NCBI GenBank assembly: GCA_040381375.1
Contig: JBEIHL010000001.1
Coordinates: 1 to 41,453, forward strand
From: Opitutaceae bacterium
Lineage (GTDB): Bacteria > Verrucomicrobiota > Verrucomicrobiia > Opitutales > Opitutaceae
Length of the DNA: 41,453 nt
Direction of reading: 5' to 3'
Position numbers and translations under genes: made by a program. The notes beneath the pieces are model-generated. The model was given only the letters and a program-made list of their open reading frames with translations, did not search any database and was not told where the DNA came from. Shown here piece after piece: positions 10,313 to 19,932 of the stretch. Positions within the stretch are counted from its first letter, which is position 1. Each line of letters begins with the position of its first letter.

Positions 10313-11143
10313 ATGTCTTTATCCGCGCCCGTCGAGTCCAAAAAAATTCGCCATATCCTGAGCCTTTCCGGAGGCAAGGACAGCGCGGCCCTCGCGATCT
10401 ACATGCGTGATCGCGTGTCAGACATGGAGTATATATTTCATGACACTGGGAAGGAGCTGCCGGACACGATTGAGTTTCTCGAACGCATCGAGGGTTACCT
10501 CGGCAAGAAGATCGTCAGAACCACTTTCGGCACTACGTTCGATGATCTGCTGCGCTCGAAAGGGGGCATGCTCCCATCGAACCATCGACGTTGGTGCACG
10601 GAATACATGAAGTTGAAGCCGTTCGAGGATTACATCGGCACTGAGCCCTGCATAAACTACGTTGGAATTCGGGCGGACGAGAAGCGTATCGGTTACATCA
10701 GCCATAAGCCGAACATCAAAGCAGTGTTCCCCTTCATCGAAGATGGAATCGACTACGCCGGCGTGATCCGAATTCTCGAGAACTCGGGCCTCGGCCTGCC
10801 CCCATTCATGGGTTGGGGCCGCAGCCGCTCCGGCTGTTTTTTCTGTTTCTACCAGCAGAAGATCGAGTGGGTGCGCATGCGTCGAAGATATCCGGATCTC
10901 TATGAACAGGCGAAGGCTTACGAGAAGCCAAACCGCACCAACGGAAATGTTTTCTACTGGTGCCAAGACGAATCGCTCGCCGATTTGGAAAAGCCGGAGC
11001 GCATCGCCGAGATCGAGGAGCGCTGGAACAAGCAACAGGAACGGCTCAAGAGCCAGAAGAAGAATGTACCTCTCATCTCCACCCTCGGTGGAGCCGAGCA
11101 CAATTCCTCTGAGGAGCGTGCCTGCATGATCTGCCATCTTTGA
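10313..11143 (+). CDS. sspD: PAPS-reductase/ATP-pyrophosphatase family protein, SspD-like
   Basis: PP-loop SLSGGKDS, DTGKE, RWCT, GIRADE, RSGCFFC and C-terminal CMICHL. ATG 10313 lies 2 nt after the sspC stop. Confidence 0.88.
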   Translation: MSLSAPVESKKIRHILSLSGGKDSAALAIYMRDRVSDMEYIFHDTGKELPDTIEFLERIEGYLGKKIVRTTFGTTFDDLLRSKGGMLPSNHRRWCTEYMKLKPFEDYIGTEPCINYVGIRADEKRIGYISHKPNIKAVFPFIEDGIDYAGVIRILENSGLGLPPFMGWGRSRSGCFFCFYQQKIEWVRMRRRYPDLYEQAKAYEKPNRTNGNVFYWCQDESLADLEKPERIAEIEERWNKQQERLKSQKKNVPLISTLGGAEHNSSEERACMICHL

Positions 11144-11147
11144 GCAC

Positions 11148-12980
11148 ATGGCCCTCTCCAACGGAGAAAAATGGATCCGGTTACTTCGGGCCTATGGCCC
11201 GGTGGCTGACAACGAGGCCCAACAAGCGGAGCATGTCGGTCGCCTAGCCAAGTCTCTTGGCGTTTCCCAGATAGCGTTCACCCATCCCGCTCGCGCGGAA
11301 TTGTTGAACTGTTTCCCCGCGGGAACCGGACAATTTCGAAACGTGGTGCTGACGGGCACCGCGGGAGAAGGCAAAACCTCACTCTGCTTCGAGCTTGTGC
11401 AAGCGCTGACGGAGCGTCTGCCGGCAGGCAACCAAGGGGTGGAGACACTCGCCCTGACTACGCCGGCGGGCCCCCGCACCATCACGTTGATCTACGACGT
11501 CACCGCGTGGCGCAAGAAGAGCAATGGCTACCTGCTGCCCGACCACGTAGCCCTGCTCGCGCGGATGGCGGAGTCGTCCTTCGGGACCTCCGATGACTTC
11601 TTCATTCTGGCCGTCAACGACGGCCAGATGCACGAGCTGTTTCGAGCCCTACCGAGCGATGCGCCAGAGAGCATCCGCAAGCTCGAGCACACGCTGATCA
11701 ATCTCCATGCGCGGGGAGAAAAAGACGGCAGCGAACGCCTACGCCTCATCAATCTCAGCGCGATCGCGAGTGAAGAGATCATGTCGCTCTGCCTCCAAGC
11801 CGTCCTCGACCGGCCAGAGTGGAGCTGCCTGCAAAGCGAAGGCGATAACCCGCTTTTCTCCGCGGCCTCGTCGCTCACGCGGAACTACCGCACGATCGTT
11901 CACCCCGAGACACGCGCGAAGCTAATCATGCTGGCGCGGATCGCCGACGTGACCGGCCATCATCTTCCCACTCGCGGCGTCCTGTGTCTCTTGGCGAATG
12001 CCTTGTTGGGACATCCTGCTGCCCGAGACCGGGTCATCAGGCCCGGCGCGGAAGCGGCATTGATTATAGGGCAGGGTAAGCCGCAGGAGGCAGCCCTGCA
12101 CCGCACGCTCTTTGGAGAAAATCTCAGCGTGAATGCGCGCCGCAAGCGAGAGGTCTACCGCTTCCTTTCCGCCCTGCATATAGGAGACGAAACGACCTCC
12201 GATCTCGACGAACTCTTGATATTTGGGACGCGCGATCCGGAACTCACAACCTCCTATCAGGAGCTGGTGGCGCCTGATCCCTTTCAGCAGCGGCATCCGG
12301 ATTTCGACGAAGTGTTGCGTCGCTACATCCGCGGGGACATCAATTCCGCGGATGACACGGACGCCTTCTTGGCGGAACTGGCCGCGGAACGCCGTCGAGT
12401 GTTCTTGCAGGCCAGTCCTGACCAAATGGCGCAATTCCGGCTCTGGCGCACATCGATCTTCCATCACGCACGCGAATACCAGGACGAGGTTCTCCAGCCG
12501 CTCAACGAAGGGCGCATCGCCGCGCGTCTCCACCTAAGGAAACTTGCGTCCGGCCTGAATCGTATTTGGACAGGACTCTTGCTGGCCGAAAACGCGAGCG
12601 AGGTCTATCTCGCCACCGGTCTGGACCTTACGACCTCCGCCATTAGCGATCTTTACCTAACGCAGCTTGACCTGGATGCCGATCCACCGGGCCTCTCTAT
12701 TGTCCGGCCTGCTAGCCAGCGCACGCCTACCCTCGTCCTCCGTCTGAAGACTTTGGAGTCGTCGTTCGCCCTGACCCTGCCGCGCTTCGAATTCCTCTGC
12801 CGGGTCGCCGAAGGGGCGATGCCCTCAAGCTTTTCGCGCGAGGCCTGCGCCGACTTCATGTCCCTCAAGCAACGGTGCCTTCGGGACCTCGGGCTCAAGG
12901 CCAGCACTCGCTCCCTGCAATTGATCGAAGTGCACGGCGCTGGCACTATCCAGCGTCGGCCTATCCATCTCACGGCATGA
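11148..12980 (+). CDS. sspF: P-loop protein, SspF/DndF(DptF)-like restriction subunit
   Basis: 610 aa with VVLTGTAGEGKT and ILAVNDG. It is the first gene of the F-G-H triad after sspD; the call rests on motif plus synteny. Confidence 0.68.
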   Translation: MALSNGEKWIRLLRAYGPVADNEAQQAEHVGRLAKSLGVSQIAFTHPARAELLNCFPAGTGQFRNVVLTGTAGEGKTSLCFELVQALTERLPAGNQGVETLALTTPAGPRTITLIYDVTAWRKKSNGYLLPDHVALLARMAESSFGTSDDFFILAVNDGQMHELFRALPSDAPESIRKLEHTLINLHARGEKDGSERLRLINLSAIASEEIMSLCLQAVLDRPEWSCLQSEGDNPLFSAASSLTRNYRTIVHPETRAKLIMLARIADVTGHHLPTRGVLCLLANALLGHPAARDRVIRPGAEAALIIGQGKPQEAALHRTLFGENLSVNARRKREVYRFLSALHIGDETTSDLDELLIFGTRDPELTTSYQELVAPDPFQQRHPDFDEVLRRYIRGDINSADDTDAFLAELAAERRRVFLQASPDQMAQFRLWRTSIFHHAREYQDEVLQPLNEGRIAARLHLRKLASGLNRIWTGLLLAENASEVYLATGLDLTTSAISDLYLTQLDLDADPPGLSIVRPASQRTPTLVLRLKTLESSFALTLPRFEFLCRVAEGAMPSSFSREACADFMSLKQRCLRDLGLKASTRSLQLIEVHGAGTIQRRPIHLTA

Positions 12981-14545
12981 TCCTCGAACCCGACAACATC
13001 GAGGATTACCAAGGCCCGAAGGAGAGGCATGACGCCTGGGTCTCCGAGGCCATTTGGGGCCATCGGCTGGAGCGCCAACCGTTTTCAGCGCTGCTCCTCG
13101 AGGTCCTTGGTATGGCCGAGGGCATGCATCGCCAGAACCAGCTCTTCGCTCCGACCCAGCCCAGCGAAAACCCGCAGTATATCGCGCACCGCTCGCTCCA
13201 GCTGAGAAACATTCTTTTCAACAATCCGCGGATGGAGGAAATACTGAAGGATTCACACGGCAGCGACGCGGAGGCGTGGAAGACTTGGCTGCAAGTGATG
13301 AAGGAGACGGCTTCAGTGTGCGGCCGTGTCACGAACGATTTTTCATATTTGCGCACTCGCTTCGACACCTTCGGCGAACTCTTCAATGTCGTTTGCTTGC
13401 TGAGACGCATCACTGTTGATCCCGGGACCGAGCGAAGCTGGACCACCCAGTTCGTGTTCCCGATCGGTCCGGCTGCGCTTTACGAAGCGCTGTTGGAGAA
13501 AGGCGAGGGATTCGAGCGAACCCGCCGGGTATTCACCCGCACGGGTGAGCTCGCCTATCTCATGCTCACCCGGGCGTCGGAGCCCCTGCGAAATCAGCTG
13601 CGTGAGGGGCTGAAGCCGTCGTTCGATAGCCAGACGTCCCGCAACAAACTCGTGCTGCGACTCCTTTCCTCACCGGAACCCGATCCCGGCGACCGGAAGG
13701 GCGGGACCTACCTACCTTACAAGCAGCATCCAGCTTTCGACCGCATGGCCGGAGATCTGGCGGCAATTCTAAATCTGCAGCTCCCCGATCAGGACGGTTT
13801 CCAGTATCTCCAGCCATTGCTCGGCTTGCATCTCTACCTCTACGGCCTTGAAACGGCGAATCATTGGGTCGGTAAGTCAGGAATCCCTCCCATTGTTTGT
13901 GAGATTCTCGCTCCGCGATCGGACCTCGTCCGAAAAGCGGCGGTGGAAAGCTATCTGACGAATGACGCCTTGGGCGGGCAGGCAGTCCGGACGTATCTGG
14001 ACCGCAGCGTATTTTCCGATCCGAAACTCCAGGAAACGCTTCAGTCCCAAATCCTGGACGACCAAGCGAAGAAGGAGTTTTTGATCGAACTCCTCGTCCG
14101 GCGCTGCGCTCTGAATCGCCAGAAAGTGGAGGGCCTCGACGCTAAGGACGTGCGTCAGTCGTTTCACACGATGACGGACCGCTTGTTCCGTAATGGCACG
14201 GCCGACGGGCTCATGGCCTTGGCAACCGGTTGCGGCCTCGTCTCAAAGCGCGGCACGAATCGTTTCCGCTACGCACCCACCGACGAGTTGCTCCGTGCGC
14301 TCGTTCTGTCCAACGTCACGACGCCCGTTGAGGAAACCGTGTTTCTCCGGGATCTTTACACCCGATATCGGTTGGTGGTGGGGCCTACGGAAGCAAAGCC
14401 CGTAGTGCTGTCGCATCTCTTCGACGAAACCGATTTCAAGAAGAACCGGGAGCGTTTCGCACAACACTTGATCGGGATGGGGCTTGCCCAGCGGATGAGC
14501 GACGCCTGCACCTACATCGTGAACCCCATGGCTCAACGTTCATGA
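12977..14545 (+). CDS. sspG: SspG/DndG(DptG)-like restriction subunit
   Basis: ATG 12977 overlaps the upstream TGA, giving 522 aa. The C-terminus is winged-helix-like (RYAPTDELLRALV...LIGMGLAQRMSDACTYIVNP). Mainly a synteny call. Confidence 0.62.
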   Translation: MILEPDNIEDYQGPKERHDAWVSEAIWGHRLERQPFSALLLEVLGMAEGMHRQNQLFAPTQPSENPQYIAHRSLQLRNILFNNPRMEEILKDSHGSDAEAWKTWLQVMKETASVCGRVTNDFSYLRTRFDTFGELFNVVCLLRRITVDPGTERSWTTQFVFPIGPAALYEALLEKGEGFERTRRVFTRTGELAYLMLTRASEPLRNQLREGLKPSFDSQTSRNKLVLRLLSSPEPDPGDRKGGTYLPYKQHPAFDRMAGDLAAILNLQLPDQDGFQYLQPLLGLHLYLYGLETANHWVGKSGIPPIVCEILAPRSDLVRKAAVESYLTNDALGGQAVRTYLDRSVFSDPKLQETLQSQILDDQAKKEFLIELLVRRCALNRQKVEGLDAKDVRQSFHTMTDRLFRNGTADGLMALATGCGLVSKRGTNRFRYAPTDELLRALVLSNVTTPVEETVFLRDLYTRYRLVVGPTEAKPVVLSHLFDETDFKKNRERFAQHLIGMGLAQRMSDACTYIVNPMAQRS

Positions 14546-17500
14546 AGATCAACCCTCCAGACGCGTTGGTGGGTGCCATCGCCTTCGAATATGTATGGCG
14601 CAAAGTGAAGCCGCAGGTCGAAGAAGATCCCGATTTTCGGGGCGCATTTCACGTGTTGTCGGGATTCTCGATTGAGCAATTGATTGGTTTCATCCGCGCC
14701 AAAGATAGCGCCGGTCCGCGCGCCCAACGCGTGCAATTGCAGTTTCCCGCCGCCGAGCTGAACGGATTTGGGGTCGATGCCTCGCACCTCACCGCCGAAT
14801 CGTCGGTCGACGTCCGCAACAGGGAGCGCCGCGGCTCCGTGGTAGTCACCGCCGAGGTGGAGAACGACGCCGAAGCGTCCCTGGCCGACAGTGATCGCAC
14901 CGACGCGTCCGATCTCAAGGACCGCAGCATCGCCCATATCTGGGTCGAATTCGTCGCGCGCAGCGTGGGCCTTAACTTACTGCCCGATGCGCAGCGTAGG
15001 GTAGAAGCGATGGTGCGCGGGCTCTTCGAGACCGGACGGTGTCCTACCGCGAAAACAGGCGAGTATCTCGATGCCGTTCTCCGCCGGTGCCAGGCCGGAG
15101 AAACTCTCACCCGGGCGGCCGGACAATCGCTCACCGCGATCGGTCTACCCCGCTTCGAGGACTGTTTCTGCTCCCTGAACGAAGCGAAGATGATGCAGGC
15201 TTCGCACTGGGCCGCCAAGTTCCGGGCGCACTACTCACTGGAGTGCTACCTGCACAAACGGGGACAATCCCAAGAACTCCTCGATACCGATATTCTGCGA
15301 GGCCGCCTGGCCCAACTCAGCTCAAATGAGCATCAGCCGCCGATGCCGGAAGAAGTTCTCGCGGCATTTAACGACTATATCGAGTCCGAGGGGATGCGTA
15401 ACGGGTCCACCGAAGCCCTGCTATTCGAACACGATTGGAGCTACGTTACGCAGTGTTTCGAACGTGCGAAGAAAACCACCGCCAAGGATTTTTCCGAGCG
15501 CACCAAGAGTGCCCTCATCGCCGAGGGAGTCCCGATCGCGCCCGACGACCAGCTGGTGATCGACGCCCTAACGAAGATCGCGCGAAAGCCCGGTTCGGCC
15601 GATCCGGAGTTCCGCGAGTTCTTCGAGCGACGCCGGGAAGCACTTGAGAAAGACTCGCCGCTCTATCTCGAGTGGGAGGACTTCGTCCACGGCAAGAAGG
15701 TTGAGTGCTGGGATCTCTACCAGGGCCTGTTCGAATGCCTCCGGCGACTTATTCGTGGGCTCTCGCCCACCGACAGCGCTTACATCGTCCTGGAGGGCCG
15801 GCAGCAGAAGAAGCCGAATCATTTCATGGAATTGAACCAGCGCGCCTGCGAATACTTCGAGCGCGCCTACGGCGTTTTGGAAGCGCGCACCAAGAAGAAA
15901 ATCCGGTTCAGCGAGACGCTCGTGTGCCAGTATTCCAACGAGGTCCTGCCGGTCATCGGCAGCAAGAAGCGGTTCAAAGGCACCAGTAAATCGGGTAAGG
16001 CCACCACCCTAAACTTCCTTGTTTCCGTCTTCCAAAAAGAGAAAGGCGACAATGAACGCAAGGTGGGCACCATGTCCCTCACTTGGAAATTTCCGGTGGG
16101 CTCGGTACTGGCGCAGGAGTTGGCGGATTTCGACGCCCTCTGCCGGTATCACGCGAAGCGTCACACAGCGTTGGTGGAGTGCATGGCGGAATACGAGGTG
16201 GTGGGTCGCAAGGGCGTGCCGGTTTCTCTCACGCTCGAGAACGTGGAAGGATTAGCCGAGGCGGCCCGCAGCGGGGGCCGCGGCGCTTTCATCCCGGCAC
16301 AAGATCGGATCAAATCGTTGGCCGGGGCTTGGAAGGAACTCATCGACACCGCGGCGCTAAAGCGCTGGCTCCCTCCCGAACAGCTCGTAGCGCTCGGGTC
16401 CGACTTTACGGCCTTCGAGTCGCTATATGGCGATGCCGTCTTCGACCTGCGGAAGAGCGTTCTCGCCACCGACAAGATTTCCGCAATGGCGGAAGCCTAT
16501 CGCAAACTGCTCCTCGCGCTAAGCACAGTAAAGCATCAGGACCTGCGACGTCAGTTGCTGCGCGTCTTACTGCGCGTTGGGCTGGCACAGGTCCAGCGTT
16601 CCGGCCGTCGCCCGCCGATGGCAATCACGTGTCCCTGGCATCCCCTGCGCATGGAAGCCGCGATGGCTCGTCAGCAGCAGGTCCTGCATCTCCTGGATCA
16701 GTTGCTCGGGAAGAGCCGCCCGCCCTTTTCCGACGGAGGGAATGGTGGGCTCTTCTTCCGCGAGGTGGACCAATTGTTGAGCCATCCCTTGTATCCAGAA
16801 TGCACTCCGGTCTGGGAAGGCACCCAGTGCCTGGAGCGAGTCGTAACCCAAGCGATGGGTGGATACACGCTGCATCAGCCGGCACAGCCATCGGAGCGGC
16901 AAGAGATGACAGCCTTGGACGACGACTCTAAAGCGGCGGCTGCCACTATCGAGACGGAGATGCACGAGTATCTCCGATTGCAGCCTCACCAGCGCGACAA
17001 TCTTTCGATTCTTCTCTACGAGTGCGATTCGCCGGACCTGCCGGTGGCTGTGGTAGAGGCAATCAATCAGGTCAACGCCACCCGCGAGGTCGACAAGATC
17101 ACGTGCCAGGTGCTGCTAATGCATCGTGACGAGGATCACCTCCGAAAGATCTACCGAGATCTCGTGGCCCGAGGCGTAGACTCCGAGGCGGACCCAACTG
17201 AAGCATCCGGCGACTTTCTTGCGAAGGTGCGCGTGAACATTACCGCGGCCAATCGCCTTCGGCGCGAAGGCCGCACGCAGCCCGTGGACCTCGCTTACTG
17301 CCGGGATCTGATTTCCGGTCAGGCCGATCCCGTGTGGGAGTGGTTGCCGCGCGAGACCTATTCACCGGAAAACCTCCAACCGCATCAATGGAGCCGGCGG
17401 TTGCCCGTAAGTGAAGGCGATCGCAAGGTTCGCCTACAACTCGCCTGCCCGGCGCAAACGGAAGCCGGCTGGGCGTATCTCTACAGTTTCGCGTTCCTCT

Positions 17501-19932
17501 GCGCGAACGGAGCGGATGAGGCTTGGAGCGTGGGCAAGTGCCCCGTCTACATGCGCTGCCTTGATTTCGACGAGCGTCAAGTGGATCGAATTTTCAAGGA
17601 CACCCACGACCTTGCGACCTGGGTTATCAACCAAGACGAACTGCTCGACCGGAAGTTGCTGGAGGCACACCCCGAGGTTCGTGTCATCCGTTACGTGCAG
17701 TCGGCAACCCACGGCCGGAATCTCATCATCTCGTCCGGTGCCCGCGACACTCTCCTCCTAAACACCCTAAAGGAAAAGCTCCGGGCGCTTTTGGCCTCGG
17801 AAACCCCAACCGAAACGATCGACGACCTCGCGCACCAGTTCATCGCCGACGCCAACAAGATCTCCGGCGGATTAATCCTCAAGGCCGCGCGTCGCGCGAA
17901 TAACACCAACGAACTCCTTGGCATGGTGCTGACGAGATATGTTGTGCAGTCCCAACTGGGCGCTGGGCGCCCGATCGCATGGTGCTTCCTGGACGACTAC
18001 AGCCAGTGGCTCGGAAAAAAAGCCGGGGCCAACATCGCAGACCTTCTCGTCCTCGCGCCTAAGGCGAACGCTGACGGCTCGCTTCACCTCGACATCATCG
18101 TAACGGAGGCGAAGTTCGTGAAACGCGACAACCTCGCCGACGAAGCGAATCACTCCGCGAAGCAGCTGGTCGATACGCTCTCCCAGCTCACGGAAGCGAT
18201 GGATGGCGAAGCCGGCACGATCGACCAGGACATCTGGCTGGCGCGGCTTTCCGATTTGCTGGTGGCCCAGACCGTGGTGCCCGCAAACGCCGCCGCTTTT
18301 GACGGCCCCACGTGGCGCCGGGCTATCCGTCACCGGCAATGCACCGTCTCGATCCGCGGCTACTCCCACGTGTTCGTGCACGAGCCCCACGATCTGAGTG
18401 TCCCCGTGACTTCGACCAAAGGGATCGTGCCCGCGAAAGGTCGCCAGAATCTGGAGGCGCTGCAGGAAGTTTTCGGTCCCTCCGACGTTCGCGCCCTTGT
18501 CGTCCAATATCATCACAACGACCACCGTGGCACGGCCGAACTCCGGCTGCGCAACGGCCATCCGCCTTTCGGGCACACCAAGCTCTATCACCTCGCGAAC
18601 GAGACTGGGCGCAAGCCCGCTTCAAAAGCGGCGGCCTCAAAAGAGAATCCGCCGCCGGACGCTCCGCCGGAGACGCCGCCGGTGCTGCCAACTGCTCCCG
18701 TGTCTCCGCCGGCCACGCCGGCACCCACCGCCGTCGATATCCGCGTTCCCGAGCCAGCTTCCGATTTGATCGGGTATCTCGAGTCCAGGTCCGCGCTTTT
18801 CCAAACTTCCGAGGAGAAGGGCCGGGCGTGGCTCGAGCAGGCTTCGATCGATCTTCGCCGCGCGTTGGTGACCCGTGGCCTGAGGGCAGTGGTCGCACAA
18901 GGGGCGCAGCCCATTCTCACTCCCAATGCCGGCATCATAAAACTGCAAGGCTCGAAGGATCTAACAGTGCAAGCGGTCGAGTCCAACGCCGAAGAAATTT
19001 TCACTTCCGAAGGCATTAAGATCATCAATGTGAGTCCCGAGTCGGGTCGCGTCTCGATCGCGGTGGAGCGACCCCGGCGGCAGGTGCTGCACACCGAGCA
19101 GGTGCTCCTCGATTACATCCGTGCCTACCAACAGGGCAATTTGGGTGAGAAAATCTGCGTGGGCATTCGCGAAGAGGATGGGCAGCCTCTGCTCCTCGAC
19201 CCGCTCAACCAGCCCCACACGCTGATTGCCGGCATCACTGGCAGCGGCAAATCAGTTCTCGTTCAAAACCTGATTCTCACCCTCGCGGCTTCACGTTCTC
19301 CGGAAGAAGCGCACCTCTACCTCATCGATCCGAAGTTCGGCGTCGACTACCGCCCGCTGGACGAGCTACCGCACGTCAAGGCCGGTTCCGGTGGCATCAT
19401 CGACGATCCGATCGCCGCAGTGAAAATTCTCGACGGCCTCGTGACGGAAATGAATCGCCGCTACGAACTCTTCAAAGAGACGAAGGTTCCGAACGTGCAC
19501 GCCTACCGCCGTGCTAGTGGTAAGCCCCTGCCAACCCTGTGGGTGATTCACGACGAGTTCGCCGACTGGATGCAAACGGAGGAATACGCTAAGGCCGTCC
19601 CGAACATCGTGGGCCGCCTCAGCGTGAAGGCGCGTGCCGCCGGAATCTTTCTCGTCTTCGCCGCGCAGCGTCCCGACAAGGACGTCATGCCAATGCAGCT
19701 CCGGTCCCAGCTTGGTAATCGCCTGATCCTAAAAGTTGACAACGCCGCCACCTCCGACATTGCTATGGGCGCCAAAAACTCAGGCGCCGAGCGTCTGCTA
19801 GGTCGCGGTCACATGCTGGCAAAGATCGGCGACATGCCCGAACCCGTGTTCGCGCAGGTGCCTTTCATCGACATCGAAAAAGTGGTTCCCGAAGTTGTAA
19901 AGCTGATCCTCCGGCAGTACGGCGCCGCATGA
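14542..19932 (+). CDS. sspH: Very large FtsK/HerA-type ATPase with putative PD-(D/E)xK nuclease motif, SspH/DndH(DptH)-like
   Basis: 1796 aa. The C-terminal FtsK domain has PHTLIAGITGSGKS, LIDPK, VIHDEFADW, KARAAGI, AAQRP and GAERLLGRGHML. Upstream are IADLL...IVTEAKF and a Pro-rich linker. Confidence 0.8.
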   Translation: MKINPPDALVGAIAFEYVWRKVKPQVEEDPDFRGAFHVLSGFSIEQLIGFIRAKDSAGPRAQRVQLQFPAAELNGFGVDASHLTAESSVDVRNRERRGSVVVTAEVENDAEASLADSDRTDASDLKDRSIAHIWVEFVARSVGLNLLPDAQRRVEAMVRGLFETGRCPTAKTGEYLDAVLRRCQAGETLTRAAGQSLTAIGLPRFEDCFCSLNEAKMMQASHWAAKFRAHYSLECYLHKRGQSQELLDTDILRGRLAQLSSNEHQPPMPEEVLAAFNDYIESEGMRNGSTEALLFEHDWSYVTQCFERAKKTTAKDFSERTKSALIAEGVPIAPDDQLVIDALTKIARKPGSADPEFREFFERRREALEKDSPLYLEWEDFVHGKKVECWDLYQGLFECLRRLIRGLSPTDSAYIVLEGRQQKKPNHFMELNQRACEYFERAYGVLEARTKKKIRFSETLVCQYSNEVLPVIGSKKRFKGTSKSGKATTLNFLVSVFQKEKGDNERKVGTMSLTWKFPVGSVLAQELADFDALCRYHAKRHTALVECMAEYEVVGRKGVPVSLTLENVEGLAEAARSGGRGAFIPAQDRIKSLAGAWKELIDTAALKRWLPPEQLVALGSDFTAFESLYGDAVFDLRKSVLATDKISAMAEAYRKLLLALSTVKHQDLRRQLLRVLLRVGLAQVQRSGRRPPMAITCPWHPLRMEAAMARQQQVLHLLDQLLGKSRPPFSDGGNGGLFFREVDQLLSHPLYPECTPVWEGTQCLERVVTQAMGGYTLHQPAQPSERQEMTALDDDSKAAAATIETEMHEYLRLQPHQRDNLSILLYECDSPDLPVAVVEAINQVNATREVDKITCQVLLMHRDEDHLRKIYRDLVARGVDSEADPTEASGDFLAKVRVNITAANRLRREGRTQPVDLAYCRDLISGQADPVWEWLPRETYSPENLQPHQWSRRLPVSEGDRKVRLQLACPAQTEAGWAYLYSFAFLCANGADEAWSVGKCPVYMRCLDFDERQVDRIFKDTHDLATWVINQDELLDRKLLEAHPEVRVIRYVQSATHGRNLIISSGARDTLLLNTLKEKLRALLASETPTETIDDLAHQFIADANKISGGLILKAARRANNTNELLGMVLTRYVVQSQLGAGRPIAWCFLDDYSQWLGKKAGANIADLLVLAPKANADGSLHLDIIVTEAKFVKRDNLADEANHSAKQLVDTLSQLTEAMDGEAGTIDQDIWLARLSDLLVAQTVVPANAAAFDGPTWRRAIRHRQCTVSIRGYSHVFVHEPHDLSVPVTSTKGIVPAKGRQNLEALQEVFGPSDVRALVVQYHHNDHRGTAELRLRNGHPPFGHTKLYHLANETGRKPASKAAASKENPPPDAPPETPPVLPTAPVSPPATPAPTAVDIRVPEPASDLIGYLESRSALFQTSEEKGRAWLEQASIDLRRALVTRGLRAVVAQGAQPILTPNAGIIKLQGSKDLTVQAVESNAEEIFTSEGIKIINVSPESGRVSIAVERPRRQVLHTEQVLLDYIRAYQQGNLGEKICVGIREEDGQPLLLDPLNQPHTLIAGITGSGKSVLVQNLILTLAASRSPEEAHLYLIDPKFGVDYRPLDELPHVKAGSGGIIDDPIAAVKILDGLVTEMNRRYELFKETKVPNVHAYRRASGKPLPTLWVIHDEFADWMQTEEYAKAVPNIVGRLSVKARAAGIFLVFAAQRPDKDVMPMQLRSQLGNRLILKVDNAATSDIAMGAKNSGAERLLGRGHMLAKIGDMPEPVFAQVPFIDIEKVVPEVVKLILRQYGAA

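Noticed and set aside
5900-11143. BREX type 4 interpretation of DUF4007 + ATPase + PAPS reductase
   Set aside because: No PglZ or BrxL gene is present, and the desulfurase plus F/G/H triad fits an Ssp system better.
14542-19932. Housekeeping FtsK or conjugative coupling protein
   Set aside because: There is no N-terminal membrane domain and no T4SS or relaxase gene, and the gene is embedded in the PT operon.
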